From Camelus dromedarius (taxonomy: Eukaryota): a stretch of DNA of 64,000 bases. Below are positions 25,131-40,100 of the stretch, in pieces; within the stretch, counting starts at the first letter, position 1, and the number at the start of each line of letters is the position of its first letter. The notes below the pieces were generated by a model. It was not told the origin of the DNA, did not search any database, and worked only from the letters and a program-made list of their open reading frames with translations. The stretch spans positions 69,318,001 to 69,382,000 of the forward strand of contig NC_087436.1 in assembly GCF_036321535.1 (NCBI RefSeq), written 5' to 3'. The translations under genes were made by a program, and so were the position numbers.

Positions 25131-28100
25131 CTGAAGATTGAATATATGGATAACGACTTGAAAAAACCATTAAGGATGTGGTATACCTAAAATTATGTTA
25201 TATGTTATTAAAAGTATTTTAAATAGTTGTATAATAAATGATGTCATAAATAACATCTCCAAGAGCACCAAAGCATGTGAGTTTGTTTCCTCTTGAAATA
25301 TTTCTATATAGTGGTCTATCAGCTGGAATTTTTTGGATGCTTCATACTGTAAATAACAATTGGAGTTAGGGGAGAAAAGAACTTCTATTGGAAATAGCGT
25401 TTTCAAAGTTCAGATATAGGAATATGAATACAGCATTTTACCCTCATTTGCTGAGGGGGTGGTATTGAGAACATGATAGTGACAGGAAGCAGCACTGAGG
25501 GCAGGTCTGTGAGAGAGGAACCCTTCCCCCACCCCTCCACCTTCCCCAGGTTTGATCTGGAGTGAGGGTGTTAACAAGAAGCTAGTGTTCAACAGCATCA
25601 GGTAATGGTTTCCCTCCATGATCTTCATGGCCCTGACATTTCAGATGAAAACAGAAAACTTAATGTCACCCAATGGGCAAGAAGTAGGTCCCTAGAGTGA
25701 GTAGATGCTGGAATCTTTGCTTCAGGCTACAGAGGGATGCAAGCGCCAGTGGTGAGATGGGAAATGGCAAGAGCCAGAACACAAACCCTCTGCCTTCTGT
25801 CAAGGGACAAAAGACCAGGCCAGGGTTTTGTGTTGAGGTTTTGGATGGCAGACCTAGAAGAAGAATTTCCTTGGATATATGAAGGAGGTGTAGGAGACAG
25901 GTGATTCTTCCACACTTCAAGTGCCATGATCATTTAACTTATAAATCATTGAACTGCAGAAAATGGAAAACAGCATGTAGAAAGTTCTGAGGAGAATTGT
26001 GATCCAAAAAAACAAAAATCTTATAGAAAGCCCTGTTGCCCTTTGGTTTAAGAAAAATAAGGCAGGGCTTTGTTAATACACAAGAATTTAAGGAATAAGT
26101 ACGTCTGCATATATCTCAGGGATCAAGGAAACAACAGCAACAGAAGCTCCAAAAATAGAAATAAAGTATTTGTCAGATGAAAAATTAGTACGAACAAAAC
26201 CTGACAGGTACAGAAAGACTGTACTAAAACAAACGGTGCATCATTAAATCCATATAAATACAAAAGTAGGGCTAAAATGTATTGGGAAGTGTGATCATAG
26301 ACAATGTTGTATGTTGTAAGCCTTGATAATGTTATAATGATTATACATCAAGCAATAATTGAGCTGTGATATAGAAGAGAGAAATGGAAAGTTGAGAAGC
26401 GGCTTCCTAGAGAAAAGTCATTCAGTATTGGCCAAAATTGGAAATAGTTTAAAAATAATTATTTTAGTCTCTAATGTCAATATTTATTCATAGATGTCTA
26501 TGAAATTTTTAGTAAGAATTTATCTGATATTAAAAGAAGTATTTATCCAAAGCCTGGAAAGTATTATTATTTTGATATAGTTTCTTTTTTTCCTCCAAGA
26601 TTATATTTATTAGATTTATTTGAAATACAATAACAGAAATGTAACCATTCCATATTGAGAATTTATTTATTTTTGATCACAGCTCATCGCCATGTTGTAC
26701 AAAGTTCCCTAGAACTTGTTCATTTTATTACTGAAAGTTTGACCCTTTGACCAATATTTCTCTACTCCCTGAACCCCTAGTCCCTGGTAAACACCACTCT
26801 ACTTTCTGTTTCTATGCATTCGCCCCTTTAGATTATACATAAAAGTGACACACAGTATCTGTCTTTCTTTGTCTGACTTGCTTAGCATAATGCCATGTTG
26901 TCACAAATGGCAGGATTTCCCTCATTCCTATAGCTGAATGATATTCCTTGATAAACATACACCACATCTTCTTTACGTATTCATCCATAGACAGACAGGC
27001 TATTTTCATATCTTAGTTATTGTGAATAAAGCTGCAGTGATCATGTGAGTGCAGATATCTCCTTCATATTCTATTTTCATTTCCTTGAGTCATAATGCCA
27101 GTAGTGGGATTGCTGGGTAATGTAGTAGTTCTATTTTTAATGTTTTGGGGAACGTGCATACTGTTTTCCATAGTGTCTGCAGCAATTTCTATTCCCATCA
27201 GCAGTGCCCTAGAATTCCCTTTCTTCACAGACGCACCACCCTGGATATACCTAGTGTTTTGATGCTGGCCTATCTGACAGGTGTGAGGTGATGTCTCACT
27301 GTGGTTTTGATTTGCTTTTCCTGATGCTTGGTGATGTCAGGCCCCCTTTCATGTACTTGTGGGCCATTTGTATGTCTTTGGGAAAATATCTATTCAGTAA
27401 CTCTGGTCTTTTGAGAACATTCTTTTGGCTTAGAGTTATATGAGTTTTTTATATTTTGTGTATGAAGTGCTGATCAGATATGACGTTTGAAAATATTTTC
27501 TCTCATTTTGTAGGTTGCCTTTCATTTTTTAGAGAATTTTATTTTCTGTGCAGAAGTGGTAAGTGTGATGTAGACTCATTTGTTGATTTCCACTTTTGTT
27601 CTTTGTGCTATTGCTGTCATTTCCAAAATATTGTTGCAAAGACCCTTATTCAAGGAGCCTTTTTCTCTGTTTCCTTCTAGGGCTTTTTATGGTTTCAGGT
27701 CTTCTGTTTAAGTCTTTAGTTCATTTCCAGTTAATTTTGGTAAGTGATGTCAGATAGGGGCCCAAATTCATTCTCCTTTATGTGATTATCCAGTTTCCCC
27801 AGCACCAGTCATCTGTCAATGGACATTTAGGTTGCTTCTATGTCTTGGCTATTGTCAGTAGTGCTGTTATGAACATCAGGGTGCATGTATCTTTTCAAAT
27901 TAGAGTTTCCTCCAGGTATATACCTAGAAGTGGAATTGCTGGATCATATGGTAAGTCTATTTATAGTGTTTTAAGGAATCTCCATAGAATTTTCCATAGT
28001 GACTTCACCAAATGCATTCCCACCAATAGTGTAGAATGGTTCCCTTTTCTTCACACCCTCTCCAACATTTATAAATTGATTAATTATACATAATCAGCAG

Positions 28101-31100
28101 TACATAGTTAATATCAAATATGATTGTCTTGTACTTAAATTCTATGAAGGAATTTTGTCATGTACTGTCCCTGAGCAGTAGATTGTAACTTCAAAGAAAT
28201 ATTAAACTTATTTAAAGAAATTAAGCTATTGTTACAGAGACACAATCTTTTCTTATTATTGATAGTTTTTTCTTTTCAAAACAGAAAAATATCATATGAT
28301 ATCACTTATATGTGGAATCAAAAAATGGCAAAACTGAACATATTTTCAAAACAGAAAGAAACTCACAGACATAGAAAACAAACTTATGGTTACCAGGGGG
28401 ATGATGAGAAGGGGACCAATTGGGAATTTGGGATTTGAAGTCACTAATGGCTATAAACAGATAGAGAAACAGCAAGGTTGTACTGTATAGCACAGTGAAC
28501 TATATTCAATATCTTATAATACCCTATAATAAAAAAGACTATGAAAAGGAATATATATATATGTATACACATAACTGAACCACTATTGTGTACACCAAAA
28601 ACTAGAAAACATTGTAAACCAACTATACTTAATAGAAAAATTTAAAAAGTAATTAATTGAATTGAATGAAACAGTTCACTCCTATTAAAAAACAGGATGA
28701 CTCTCAGAAAAGAATATATTGTATACTCACGAAGGGTTGTTAATAACCTCCTTCAAAGCATGAAGCAGATCAGAACTTGTCATTGTGGGCAAGTCTACTT
28801 CAACAGCTGCCCCTTTGGCTTTTACACGAGCAACATTATCATGCTGATCACCAAACATGGGAATTCCCACCATAGGCACCCCATGGTAAATAGCTTCATA
28901 GACCCCATTGGTTCCACTGTGAGTGATAAAAGCTCTGGTTTGGGGATGGCCTAAAAAGAAAAAAAAAATCATTATTCTGTGTTGTATGTGTTTCAGAAAC
29001 AAAAAAACATGACCGCTGTATACGTCACCAATTCAATTAGGCAGTATTTCCTATGCAATTCTGTGCCCTGTGGCTTTGTATATATTCCTGTAGGCTCCAA
29101 AGAAAGTGGCAGCTAATGATTCCAGGCTGAGCAGCAATGAATGATTCTAGCAATTAAGTCATTCCACAAAACCCTGAAGGTTTGTGCAGAGGGAACTGAT
29201 GGGGAGCAGTTGCCATGGACAAGTTGTTGGGAAAATACATCAATCAAAAGGAATGAAGGGATTTCAGAAAACAAATGCTTGTGTGGATGGGGAAGAGGAG
29301 CTGAGATGTGCAGAGTTTCAATGTGAGAATGTGGGCATAACAGGCTAGAAAGGTAGACTAGGGCAAGATCCTGAGGTACTGTAAGAACATGGGATTTTGC
29401 ACATGATGTTACATTAGTATGGAACCATAAATAATATCGCAGATGGTGAACGGAATTGTCAGGTTTTTTTTTTTTCACAAATTTATAGTGGGGAGGAGAG
29501 AAAAGAGGTGGGAGGGAATGGATAGAGAGATTCAGGAGGCAGCTGAAATACTCTGCAAAATTTCGTGAGAGACTGTTCGAAAGGGACATTCATTGATTCT
29601 GAGGAGGGAGGTTGTATCATCAATGGGGAATTATAAATTCCACATTTATGTCAGACCTTGAGAAAAATTCTGTTCACAACCAAACCCTAGTCAGATTTCT
29701 CTGAACTCTCTTCCCCACTGGGTCCTGATATGGAGCTTCTTTGTTTATCTCTGCTTTGCCCAGTTTAGTAAGAATCCTACGAAGCCAGTTTAGCTAGACT
29801 CCACCATCCTTGATGTCCAGTCACCCTTTATAGCTGTTGCGTCATTCTTCACAATCCCTCAGATGATGTTTGACCACCCTAGCTTGCCATTGGCAAGAAT
29901 CAGATTAGGTCAGTTTTGCCGGAGCCCCCTTTGTCCCTGATGTCTCCTCTTAGTAACTTTCCACCCAGTGGTACCCAATTTTGCTCTTTGGCTATAAATT
30001 TCCCAATTTTCCTGTTTGTATTCAGAGTTGAGTCCAATCTCTCTGTCTCACTGTCAAAGTCCACTGCAGTAGGATGTAAACTTAACATGATGGTTTTGAA
30101 TAAACTGTGTCTTCCAGTCTTTAACAAGTGTCTGGAAGATTTTTCCTTAACAAGCCCCAGAAGAAAGGTGATGAAGATATTAAGGGTGGTTTTTTGGGGT
30201 TTTTTTTTTTTTTTTCGCTTATTTTGAATTCAAATTTGTTGAATTTTTTTTTTTTAACTGAGAAATCATTTAGCTTATCCCTCATTGAACTCTGTGCAAA
30301 TTTCTCCTCTGTGGTCTTACCAAGAAGATCATTTTGCGGAATCCATTCATACAGCCGGGTATTGGCTCCGAGTGTATCTGGTTTCTTTCCTGTGTATCTC
30401 CACAGAACCTGTTAAGATACATGCCTTTACTCAATTAGAAGACTTTTAGAATCACATCCTGTCAGAAGGAGGCAGTTAACTTAGAATTAATCTAGTTCGA
30501 TGTCACCAGGTTATAGATGAGAAACTGAGGCCCTAAGTGATTAAGTAATGAATGTTTCTAAACCATGGACGCTACAATCATGTTTTCAAATGCTTGCAAT
30601 AATCCTAATAGATCGGCTATCAACATGAGATGGATTCTAATTTAGTAGAGGAAGGCAATCTGTATCTGAGACAACTACATATTGGTGTCGCTAGGCCATT
30701 GTGGTAGAGGAGATTTTTGAAAGAATGTTTTCAGAGGCAAAAGGGAGGGATGTTACCTACCTCACTAAGAAAGTGTTAGTGCTTTGACCTTTGTAATACA
30801 TTGGCAGTAACACAGAAGCAAGCATTGCCTTTCTATCTTTGTAAGTATTGTAAGTTTAGAATTTGGTGGCGTTCAATAGATCAACAATGTTGTATAACCA
30901 TTAGCACTATCTATATCCCAAATGTCTTCTTCATCTGAAGCATAAACTCTGCCATTTAGCAATAACGTCCTGTTCCCTGCCCTCCCTAGTCTGGTAACCT
31001 CTTTTCTTCCCGTCTCCATGAACTTGACCGCTCTAGGTACCACATATACTGGAAGCATACAGTAATTGTCCTTTTCTGATTTAGCATTATTTCACTTAGC

Positions 31101-34100
31101 ATTGTCTTCAAGGTTCATGCATGTGTAACATATCAAAATCACCTTTCTTTTTTAGGTGGAAAAATATCCCATTGTGTGTATATATAACACTTCCTTTATC
31201 CATTCAGTTTTTGATTGTAGATAATGTTGCTGTGACCATCGGTGTACAAGCATCTGTTGAGGCCCTGATTTCAGTCCCTTTGACAGATAGCCAGGATTAG
31301 AGTTATTGGGTCATATGAGAGCTCTATGTTTAACTCTGTGGGGGACCACGGACATGTTTTCCAGAGCAGATACCTCACTGTGCACCCTTACCAGCAATGC
31401 GTGAGGCCGCACTTCTCCACATTCTCACCAGTACTTGATAGTTTCCATTTTTTGATAATAGCTATTCTAATGAGTGAAGCAGTATCTCTTTGTGCTTTTG
31501 ATTTGCATGTCCCTAATGATGAATGATGCTGGACATCTTTTTATGTACTTTTTGACCATTTGTATGCCTCCTCTGGAGAAAAGTCTGTTCAAGTACTTTC
31601 CCATTTTTCAACTGGTTTTTTTTGTTGTTGTTGTTGTTGAGTTGTAGGAGTTCTTTATAAACTGTGCACATTCATTCTTTATCATAACCACGATTTGCAA
31701 ATATTTTCTCCCAATCTGTACATTGTATTTCACTTTCTTGATAGTATCTTTTGATGCAAAATTTCTCTTCCTTTGATGTAATTCAATTTATTTATTTTTT
31801 TCTTTTCTTACTTGTGCTTTTTTGTGTCATACTTATTGAAATCATAGCAAAATCCAAAGTGATGAAGTTTTCCTTTAGGGATATTTTGTAAAAGTGTTAC
31901 TGTTTTAATTCTAAAGTTTCACTCTCTGAACTACCTTGAGTTTATTTTTGTATGTGATATAAGATACATGTCGAGTTTCCTTCTTTATCATGTAGATATC
32001 AAGATTTTCTTGGCTAGTCTTTCCTTTTTTTTCTCATAAATGGTTTCTCTGTAAATTGTTGCTATTTTGGTGCCTGAGGGAAGAGGTGAGCTGAGGGTCT
32101 TCCTTCTGTGCCATCTTGGCAACATTTCTTTCATATCCTCTCAAATCAATCAAACGAGGACACTTCTTCACATCATACACAAAAATAAACTCAAAATGGC
32201 TTAATGGCAAATATCAAGTATGATACCAGAAAACTCCCAGAAGAGAACGTAAGCAAAACATTCTCTGACATAAATCATATCAATACTTTCTTAGATCTGT
32301 CTTCCAAGGCAATAGAAATAAAAGCAATAATAATCAAATGAGACGTCATCAACTGTGTAAGCATTTGCACAGCAAAGGAAACCATAAGGAAAACAAAAGG
32401 ACAAACTAGGAGTGGGAGAAACTACTTGCAAATGACATGACCGACAAAGACTTAACTTCCAAAATACACAAGTAGTTCATAAAACTAAAAACAGAAAAAC
32501 AAACAAACACAAAAAATCTCAAAAAATAGACAGAAGATCTAAATGGACATTCATTCAAAGAAAACATGTACATGGCCAAAAGTCACACTAAAAGATGCTC
32601 AAGATCGAGAAATGCAAATCAGAACCACAATGAGGTATCACCTCACATAGATCAAAATGGCCATCATTGGAAAATCTACAAATAATTGCTGGAGAAGGTG
32701 TGGGGAAAAGGGAACCCTCCTACGCTGTTGGATGGAATGACAATTAGTGCAGCCATTATACAGAATGGTATAGATGTTCCCTAAAAAACAAAATAGAGTC
32801 ATCATATGATCTAAAAATTCCACTGTTGGGCATACATCTGTAGAAGACAAAAATTCTATTTCGAAAACACACATGCACCCCGTTGGTCATCGCAGCACTA
32901 TTTATAGTAGCCAAGACATGGAAGCAACCTAAGAGTCCATTAACAGACGAAAGGATAAAGAAGATATGGTGTGAATATATACACAATAGAATACAACTCA
33001 GCCATGAATAGAATGAAATGATTCCATTTGCAGCAGTATGGATGGACCTAGAGATTGTCACAGAGGGTTAAGTAAGTCAGACAGATAAAGGCAAATACTA
33101 CATATCAATTATATTTGAAAAAATTTTTAAATTATGTAAATGAACTTATTTATAAAACAGAGGTGGACTTATAGATGTAGAAAACAAACTTCTGGTTACC
33201 AAATTGGAAGGCGAATGGGAGAGATAAATTGGGAGTGTGGGTTTAACAGATGCAGACTGCCACATGTAAAACAGATGAATAACCAGGATTTACTCTATAG
33301 TACAGGGAACCGTGTATTCAATATTTTGCAGTAAAGAAGAATTGGAAAAGATTATAGATATATACATATGTATGTATAACTGAATCACTTTGCTGTATAC
33401 CTGAAACTAGCACACTATTATAAATCTACTGTAATAAAAATAATTCCCTGTAAGCCCTAGTTTCTCTGCATCTCTTCTTTGGTTTGTATTTGCATTCATT
33501 TAAAAATATTTTTGAATGCTCTTGTGATTTATCTTTGGACCGATTTATTGCTAACTTCAAAGTGAACAGAAACTCTGCTCCTGTATATCGCCATTTCCCT
33601 TTCTGTTATTGACGTGTACATACTTATACACTGTGTTCCTAGTTACATGAATTAATAATTTTTATGCATCTTCTTTTAAATGACTGAGAAAATTAAAATA
33701 AATCAGAATTATAACCAAAATTACAATAATAGTAGCTTTTATGGTTGCTTTTGTTTTTACCTTTACTGCAGATCTTTATTTCATCGTATGATTTTTTATT
33801 AATGTCCAGCAGCCTTTCATTTCAACCAGAAAGGGTCTCTTTTGCATTTTTACAGGAAAAGTCTAGTGCTATTCACACCCTTCGTCTTTTGTTCATCAAG
33901 CAGTGTCTTCATTTCTACCTCATTGTTGAAGGAAATTTTGCCTGATAAAACTCTCAGTTAACAATTTTGTCTTTAAGACTTTGAATTTATCAACCCACTG
34001 CCTTCTGGCCTCCAAGGTTTCTAATGAGAATTGGCTGATTATTTTACTGAAGTTAACTTTCATGTGATGCTTTTCTTCTTTCTGGCTCCTTTCAAGCTTT

Positions 34101-37100
34101 TCTCATTGTCTTTGTCATTCAGCAGCTTGATTCGAATATGTCTTTGTGTAGCTCTCTTTGAATTTATCCCACCTGTAGTTCACTAAGCTTCTTGGATTTA
34201 TGTCTTTCATTAAAAGCAGTATATTTTGAGACATTATTGCTTTAAATATCTTTTCTGCCCATTTCTGTCTCTCTGGGACTCCCAGCATGTGTCTGCTCAT
34301 GCACAGGATGGTGTCCCACAAGTCCCTTAGGCTTTGCTCATTTAGCTGCATTTGTTTCTCTTTCTGTTCTTTGAATTTGCTAATTTCAGTTACTCTGTTT
34401 TCATTTTGCTGGTTCTTTTGCTCGCTCTTGTCTGATTTGGAACCCCTGAGGTAAAATTTTCATTTTAATTCTTGAAATTTTTAGCTGTAGAATTTCTTCT
34501 TGACTCTTTTAAAAGAATTTATTTCTCTTTATCAATATTTTATATCTTATCTATATCTTTTGTTCTCTTTATAACTGTCTCCCTGTGGTTCTTTGTGAAT
34601 TTTTAAGACAGTGCTATTAAAATCTTTTTCTGGTAATTCCAAAATCCACGCTCCTTCACTAATTGTTTCTGTCTATTTTGTTCCTTTGATTGGACCATCT
34701 TTTCACCTATGTATGCCTTGTGATATTTTTTTTCACCTATGTATGCCTTGTGATATTTGCTGAGAACTGTACATTTGAGGTTTTTATAAAGTTCTAACTC
34801 CAGAAATCAGAATTTCCCCTTCTTAATTTTTTTTTTTTTATATTGTTGAAGGGTTTCTCTTTGCCAGGAATCAGTCTGAGGTAAAAGCTTTAGGTTTTCA
34901 CAAGTCTTTTGTCAGCCTATGGTTTTCCCTGGACATACACATAGCTTTCTAAATTTCACTGTATGTGAAGTTTTAAAAAAATGGCCCCATTGGTGATTGT
35001 CTGACTCCCAGAGAAAAAAAGAAAAAAAAAATAGTGCTCATCCTTTAAAATCCCTGGAAACTTCTGCTAATCGAAGTTGAAACAACTGTGGCCAACTTCT
35101 GTGCCTACATGCCAGTGAACAAAGCATCAGTCATCAATCAGAATGCAGAACCAAAATCTGGAGATTAAGGTCATTATTTCCCAGCATAGCTCCAGCAAAT
35201 CACACCAGGAATAAAACATGTTGGCTGTCATGGGACTGGGTGAGGTAGACTTAGAACTTGCTGCTATGCTAAATGGTTGAATTTGTTTTAAAAAATTAAC
35301 CACAAATTACTAGTCAGTCTCTCCACTGAAAAATTCAAGTGCTCACATAGAGTCCATATTTCCATCATAGTTACTTCAGACAATTTCTTGGTGCTTCTGA
35401 ATCTACCTTGATGTGACCCTTAAGCACTGTATTTTAATACAGTTGAAAATTTAATATTTTTCTGAAGATGCCATTTAGATGAGATGTTTAAATGGATATT
35501 GCTTCCATAAAATGATTTTTGAAAGTAATTTGGCTATGTGCACAAGACTTGTCATGATGTTTTGGAACTTAAAATTGCATATAAAGTTAGCTATTTTATC
35601 TAAAGCTACAAGGTAAAAAGTGTCCCTGGCAAATTAGGAACACCATCACTCAGTTATAACCTAGGATGCTATCAATTAAAAAAATGCATAGTTTGTGGGA
35701 ATGCCATAGAGTGAACTGCCATTAATCTTTTACAGTATTACTAAAATCTTTAACTGTTTACATAGAAGCATCACATTTAGGAGTATTCCTGGAATCTAAG
35801 CTGTCAGTTCCAGGTCCCAAACAATTAATTAAAAGGAGATGTACTCCGAGGCAGCCTGTGAATCAATGGTATAATTTTGAGTGTCTCTTCCTGTATTCTC
35901 TGACATGTTAGTTGTACCTTGTGTATATGCCACAGATTTAAAAAACAAATAACACAAAAAGAGGTTAGATTTCATGGAAACCTTAAAACCTAGGCAAACA
36001 GCTGACCTATTGTTTAAGATCGAGAGTGACTTAGTTTTATCCCATTACATAAAGAAAATACGGCAATATGTTTTCCTGTCAGTAATGCCACATTTAAAGC
36101 AAGTAGCATAAAATATCTTCTTGTAACATTTAATATTTTTTCTTTACACTTTAGTTAAATTGATGCTAATATCAGTAGCTTTTCTTACATTTTTAAAGTG
36201 CACATTTAAGGAGATCCTCATAGATTTTAAAACAGCTGCTCTTCCAAAAATAACTTTATCTGACCTTCTGTGGAATCTGGGCAAGGGCTGATGCAATCAT
36301 CTTGGCCTTTTCTTCCGTGAGGTTTCTGATCATTGACCCCAGAGTAAACACCACAACTCCATCTTCTCCAGAGCTTTGGACAAACTCTTCCAAGTCCTGT
36401 GAAGAAAACAATCTTTGTAATATGAAAGTTAACACTTACAAGAATAAGATAGTCACACACTTTTCTCAATGTGTCTGAATTATTAGAAAGTTTCTGCTTT
36501 TTCATATGTTAACCATTTCAGAGTATGAAACATATGGCCTGAAATCCTTGGTTATTAGGCAAATTAAGAATAATTTAATTGTAAAACATGGGGGGAGATA
36601 GTCAATATATGGTAATAACTGCAAATGGAAAGCAACCTTTAAAAATTATATGAGATAAAAGATTTTAAAAATAATTTAAGCTGGAGGCTCCCTACTAGTA
36701 TGTTCTAGACATTTCTGAGGTGTGTTTGTATCTCTGTTTACAAATCATTGACTACATGTTATCATTTGCCATGTGTTGAGCTCTTTATATGTGTCATTAC
36801 ACTCAGATATATGGTGATCTTAAGATATATGTATACATTTGCAGATGGGAAAGCTACCTCAGAGAGGTAAAATAATTTGTTGAAGGCTATAAAGCAGTAG
36901 CTGGCAGAGTCAGGTTTCTATTTAAGCTTGTTGTTTGTAAAGTGAATGACTATATTAGATACTGTCTATTGCCTTCCAACAGCCTCTCCACAAATCTCCA
37001 GATGAAGAATATCTGATTTCTGCTTCATGTTAAATAGTCCTGGTGCTTCATTTCATATTTAGCCTTGGGTGATAATAAGATTATCATTCTTTCTTCTGCT

Positions 37101-40100
37101 GAATCCTGGTCAGAATAATGACATCCTTTTGGTACAATTTACTTTGTTCTGTTTTCTGAATTTCAATTTGTTTTTAATTTGGCCACATTTATACATTAGA
37201 TAAGTTTCCACAAACACATTTAGGATTGAGGAAGCCATATAATTTCTGACAGGTAATTAATGCAGGAATTCCTCTAATGCATACTTTGCAAATGACAGTA
37301 ATAGTATAGAAAAATTAGGCTTGGAATCCAAAATAAAAATAGCATATTTAATCTTCCTGAAGTAAAAAGAAATCTTTTCATCCTATGTTTAGTTACTAAC
37401 TAAGCTAAGTCAACCAAATAAGATAAGGAAAACATGCATGAGGTTTGAAATTGAAGACAGGGAAGAGATTTATTTTAAGCATTTGACTCACATGATTATG
37501 GAGGCCAGCAAGTTTAACATCTACAGAATAGGCCTTCAGACTGAAGACTCAAGGAGCAGTCCCTGTTATAGGTCAAGTCTGAAGGCCCTCTTGGCAGAAC
37601 TCTTTTCCACATGGGAGAGTTCAGTCTTTTCTATTCAGTTCTTCAACTCATTGGATGAGGCTCACCCACAAATGCAGAGCAGTTTACTTTACTCAAGGTC
37701 CACATATTTAATGTTAATGTCAGCCAAATACACCCTCACAGAAACTTCCAGAGTGATGTTTGGCTAAATAGCTGGGTCCCAGGCCCAGGGAAGCTGACAC
37801 ATAAAATTAACCATATACTATTCTGATAGATGGATTGATTTAACATGGAAATTTATTTTCAATGACAGCAGAGTATTCTTGAGATACTGGGAAATATTTT
37901 AACATTTCTGCAGAATGTACATGTTCATAAAGACTTAATGAAGTATGAAAAAGGAAAGGAAATACGGGGACTACTTCAACCAGATAATAACACATAATAC
38001 AAAAGGAAGGCTCCTGACCTGCTGATTGCAGTCTACTAGTGTAAGAGAGTCATGGCCGCTAATTCCTGAGCATGTGTTTTCAGCTGGCAGATCAAATACT
38101 ATCAATAACAAACTGGAAATCATTTCAGCAGATAAGTTCTCAAACAGGCAAAATCAGCACATTCAAGTACCTTCGGTAGGGGCTTCGCAGGCTTGCAGTG
38201 CAGTCCTCCAACAAATTCAACATTAGGTAAATACGGTTGAGGAAATTCAAAATCCCAGTAAGTTCGAATCAACCACATTTCAGCTTTCCCCATAGTCTCA
38301 CATAATGTGGTAGGTTTTCCTGAATAAAAATGAAGGATGATAGAGAGGAAACAAGCTGACATGTTATAAGGGAACTGTTTCACCATCTACTTTTCTAAGA
38401 GAAATCTTTGAAGATACTGGCCCTATGTTATCTCTGTGAAATCCATTGACCTTTTCCCCAAGAGTACAAATAGTGAGATTATCAATAACCAAAGACCAAT
38501 TTAAGCATGGAACAAAGCCAAAAGCCCGCTGCTTCATCTCTGCCAACAGAGTCTTCTGCTTGAGCTAAGCCTGAGCCCCACTCCACGCTCAGCAAGGACA
38601 CCTGCTCCGAGCCAGGAACAAGAAACTCAGGCAGTGATCCTCAAACTTCTATGGTCGTGTCTCCTCCTCTTCTCGAGAACCCTCTTCTCCAATTTTTTGC
38701 ATCCTTGTTGCCCCAAGAACCTCTGGTTTCTTAAAAAAAACAACTTTTTACTGTATCCATCTTTTCCCCTAGTGTTTTCCAGTGTGCTGTCACAACTAAT
38801 TACATCATATCGGGAATGAATTATTAAAAGGAAACTTTTTTAAGTGATTTTCTCCTTTGCCATACAAAATGGAAGTTCCTGTTGGACAAGCCTTTTGTCC
38901 TCTTCGGGGAAGATATAGCAGTGTTTATTAAGCTGGTGGTGAAATATTTAGTATTTTGACACATTTAGCTGACTAACAGTAAAAAGGGGGTCTCTTTCAA
39001 CTGAATGGCAATGAAGTGGCTATTAACAGCTTAAGAACTGAAAGTAGTGACTGAGAAGTAAATCACTTCTCTTTGTTTGGAGTCCGAGCTGCATTTCTGC
39101 ATTCTATTCAATTACTGTGGTGTAAGGAACCTTATCCAGGGTTTTGGCGTCCTTTTGAAATACATACTCAGTATCACTAATATGAAGACACTGTAGCTTT
39201 ATGTTGTCCCATCACATGGCTTTTTGAATATTCTCCTTGATGTTCTGAGTGTGCTTAAGTTCTGATTAGCAAATGTGAGGGATTTTGAACTGACCAGGAC
39301 GATCTATCTGTGTAAGAGATCACAAGCGAATTTCAGTAATTTAAGCATTTGATTCTGATAATGACAACGGTATTCAAAATCCAGTTTCATACTCAGGTCA
39401 TATCCCATTTCAGCGGCTTATTGGTGTAGCCTTGGGTATAATCTTCTTCCCTTTGTGTGATGCTTCACTCTCACACCATCTTTTTGACAGGTTTATTAAG
39501 ATAGAATTTACATATTGTATAATTCTTCCTTTTAAATATACAATTGAGTAGTTTTTAGTATATTCATAAGGTTGTGAAACCATCTCCACTACTGTATTTT
39601 ACAAATTGTTATTACTCCTGAAAGAGAGCCCATATCCATTGGTAGTCATTCTCCCTTTCTTCCTTTTCCCAGCCCCTGACAACCACTGTTCTACTTCTTT
39701 CTTCATTTGACTATTCCAAATAATCTCATTTCATTTAATTTAAATGAAAGTATACACTGCGTGGTCTTTTGTGCTGCCTTCTTCCCCTTAGCATAGTGTT
39801 TTCAAGGTTCATCCCTGTGGTACTGTGTATCAGTACTTCCTTACCTTTTATTGCTGAGTAATTCTTTTGTTTGGCTATACTTCATTTTGCTTATCCACTC
39901 ATAATTGATGACCATTTGGGTTGTTTCCATATTTGGATACTGTGGATAATGCTCTACGAGCAATCATGCATATGTTTTGTGTGGACACGTGCTTATTTTC
40001 CTTGGTTATAAACCTAGGAGTAGAATTTGAGGAAAACATGGTTGCTTCACTTTTTTTCATATCAATACCATTTTGCTGTTACGTCTGCACTCCTAGATTA

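Larger units (their letters stand above)
1..27780 (+). repeat. Tandem segmental duplication: 1-about 27620 is paralogous to 33851-64000
   Basis: Direct collinearity, with an offset of 33850-33880 in the 5' gene half and about 36370 past the differential L1 insertions. Confidence 0.97.
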
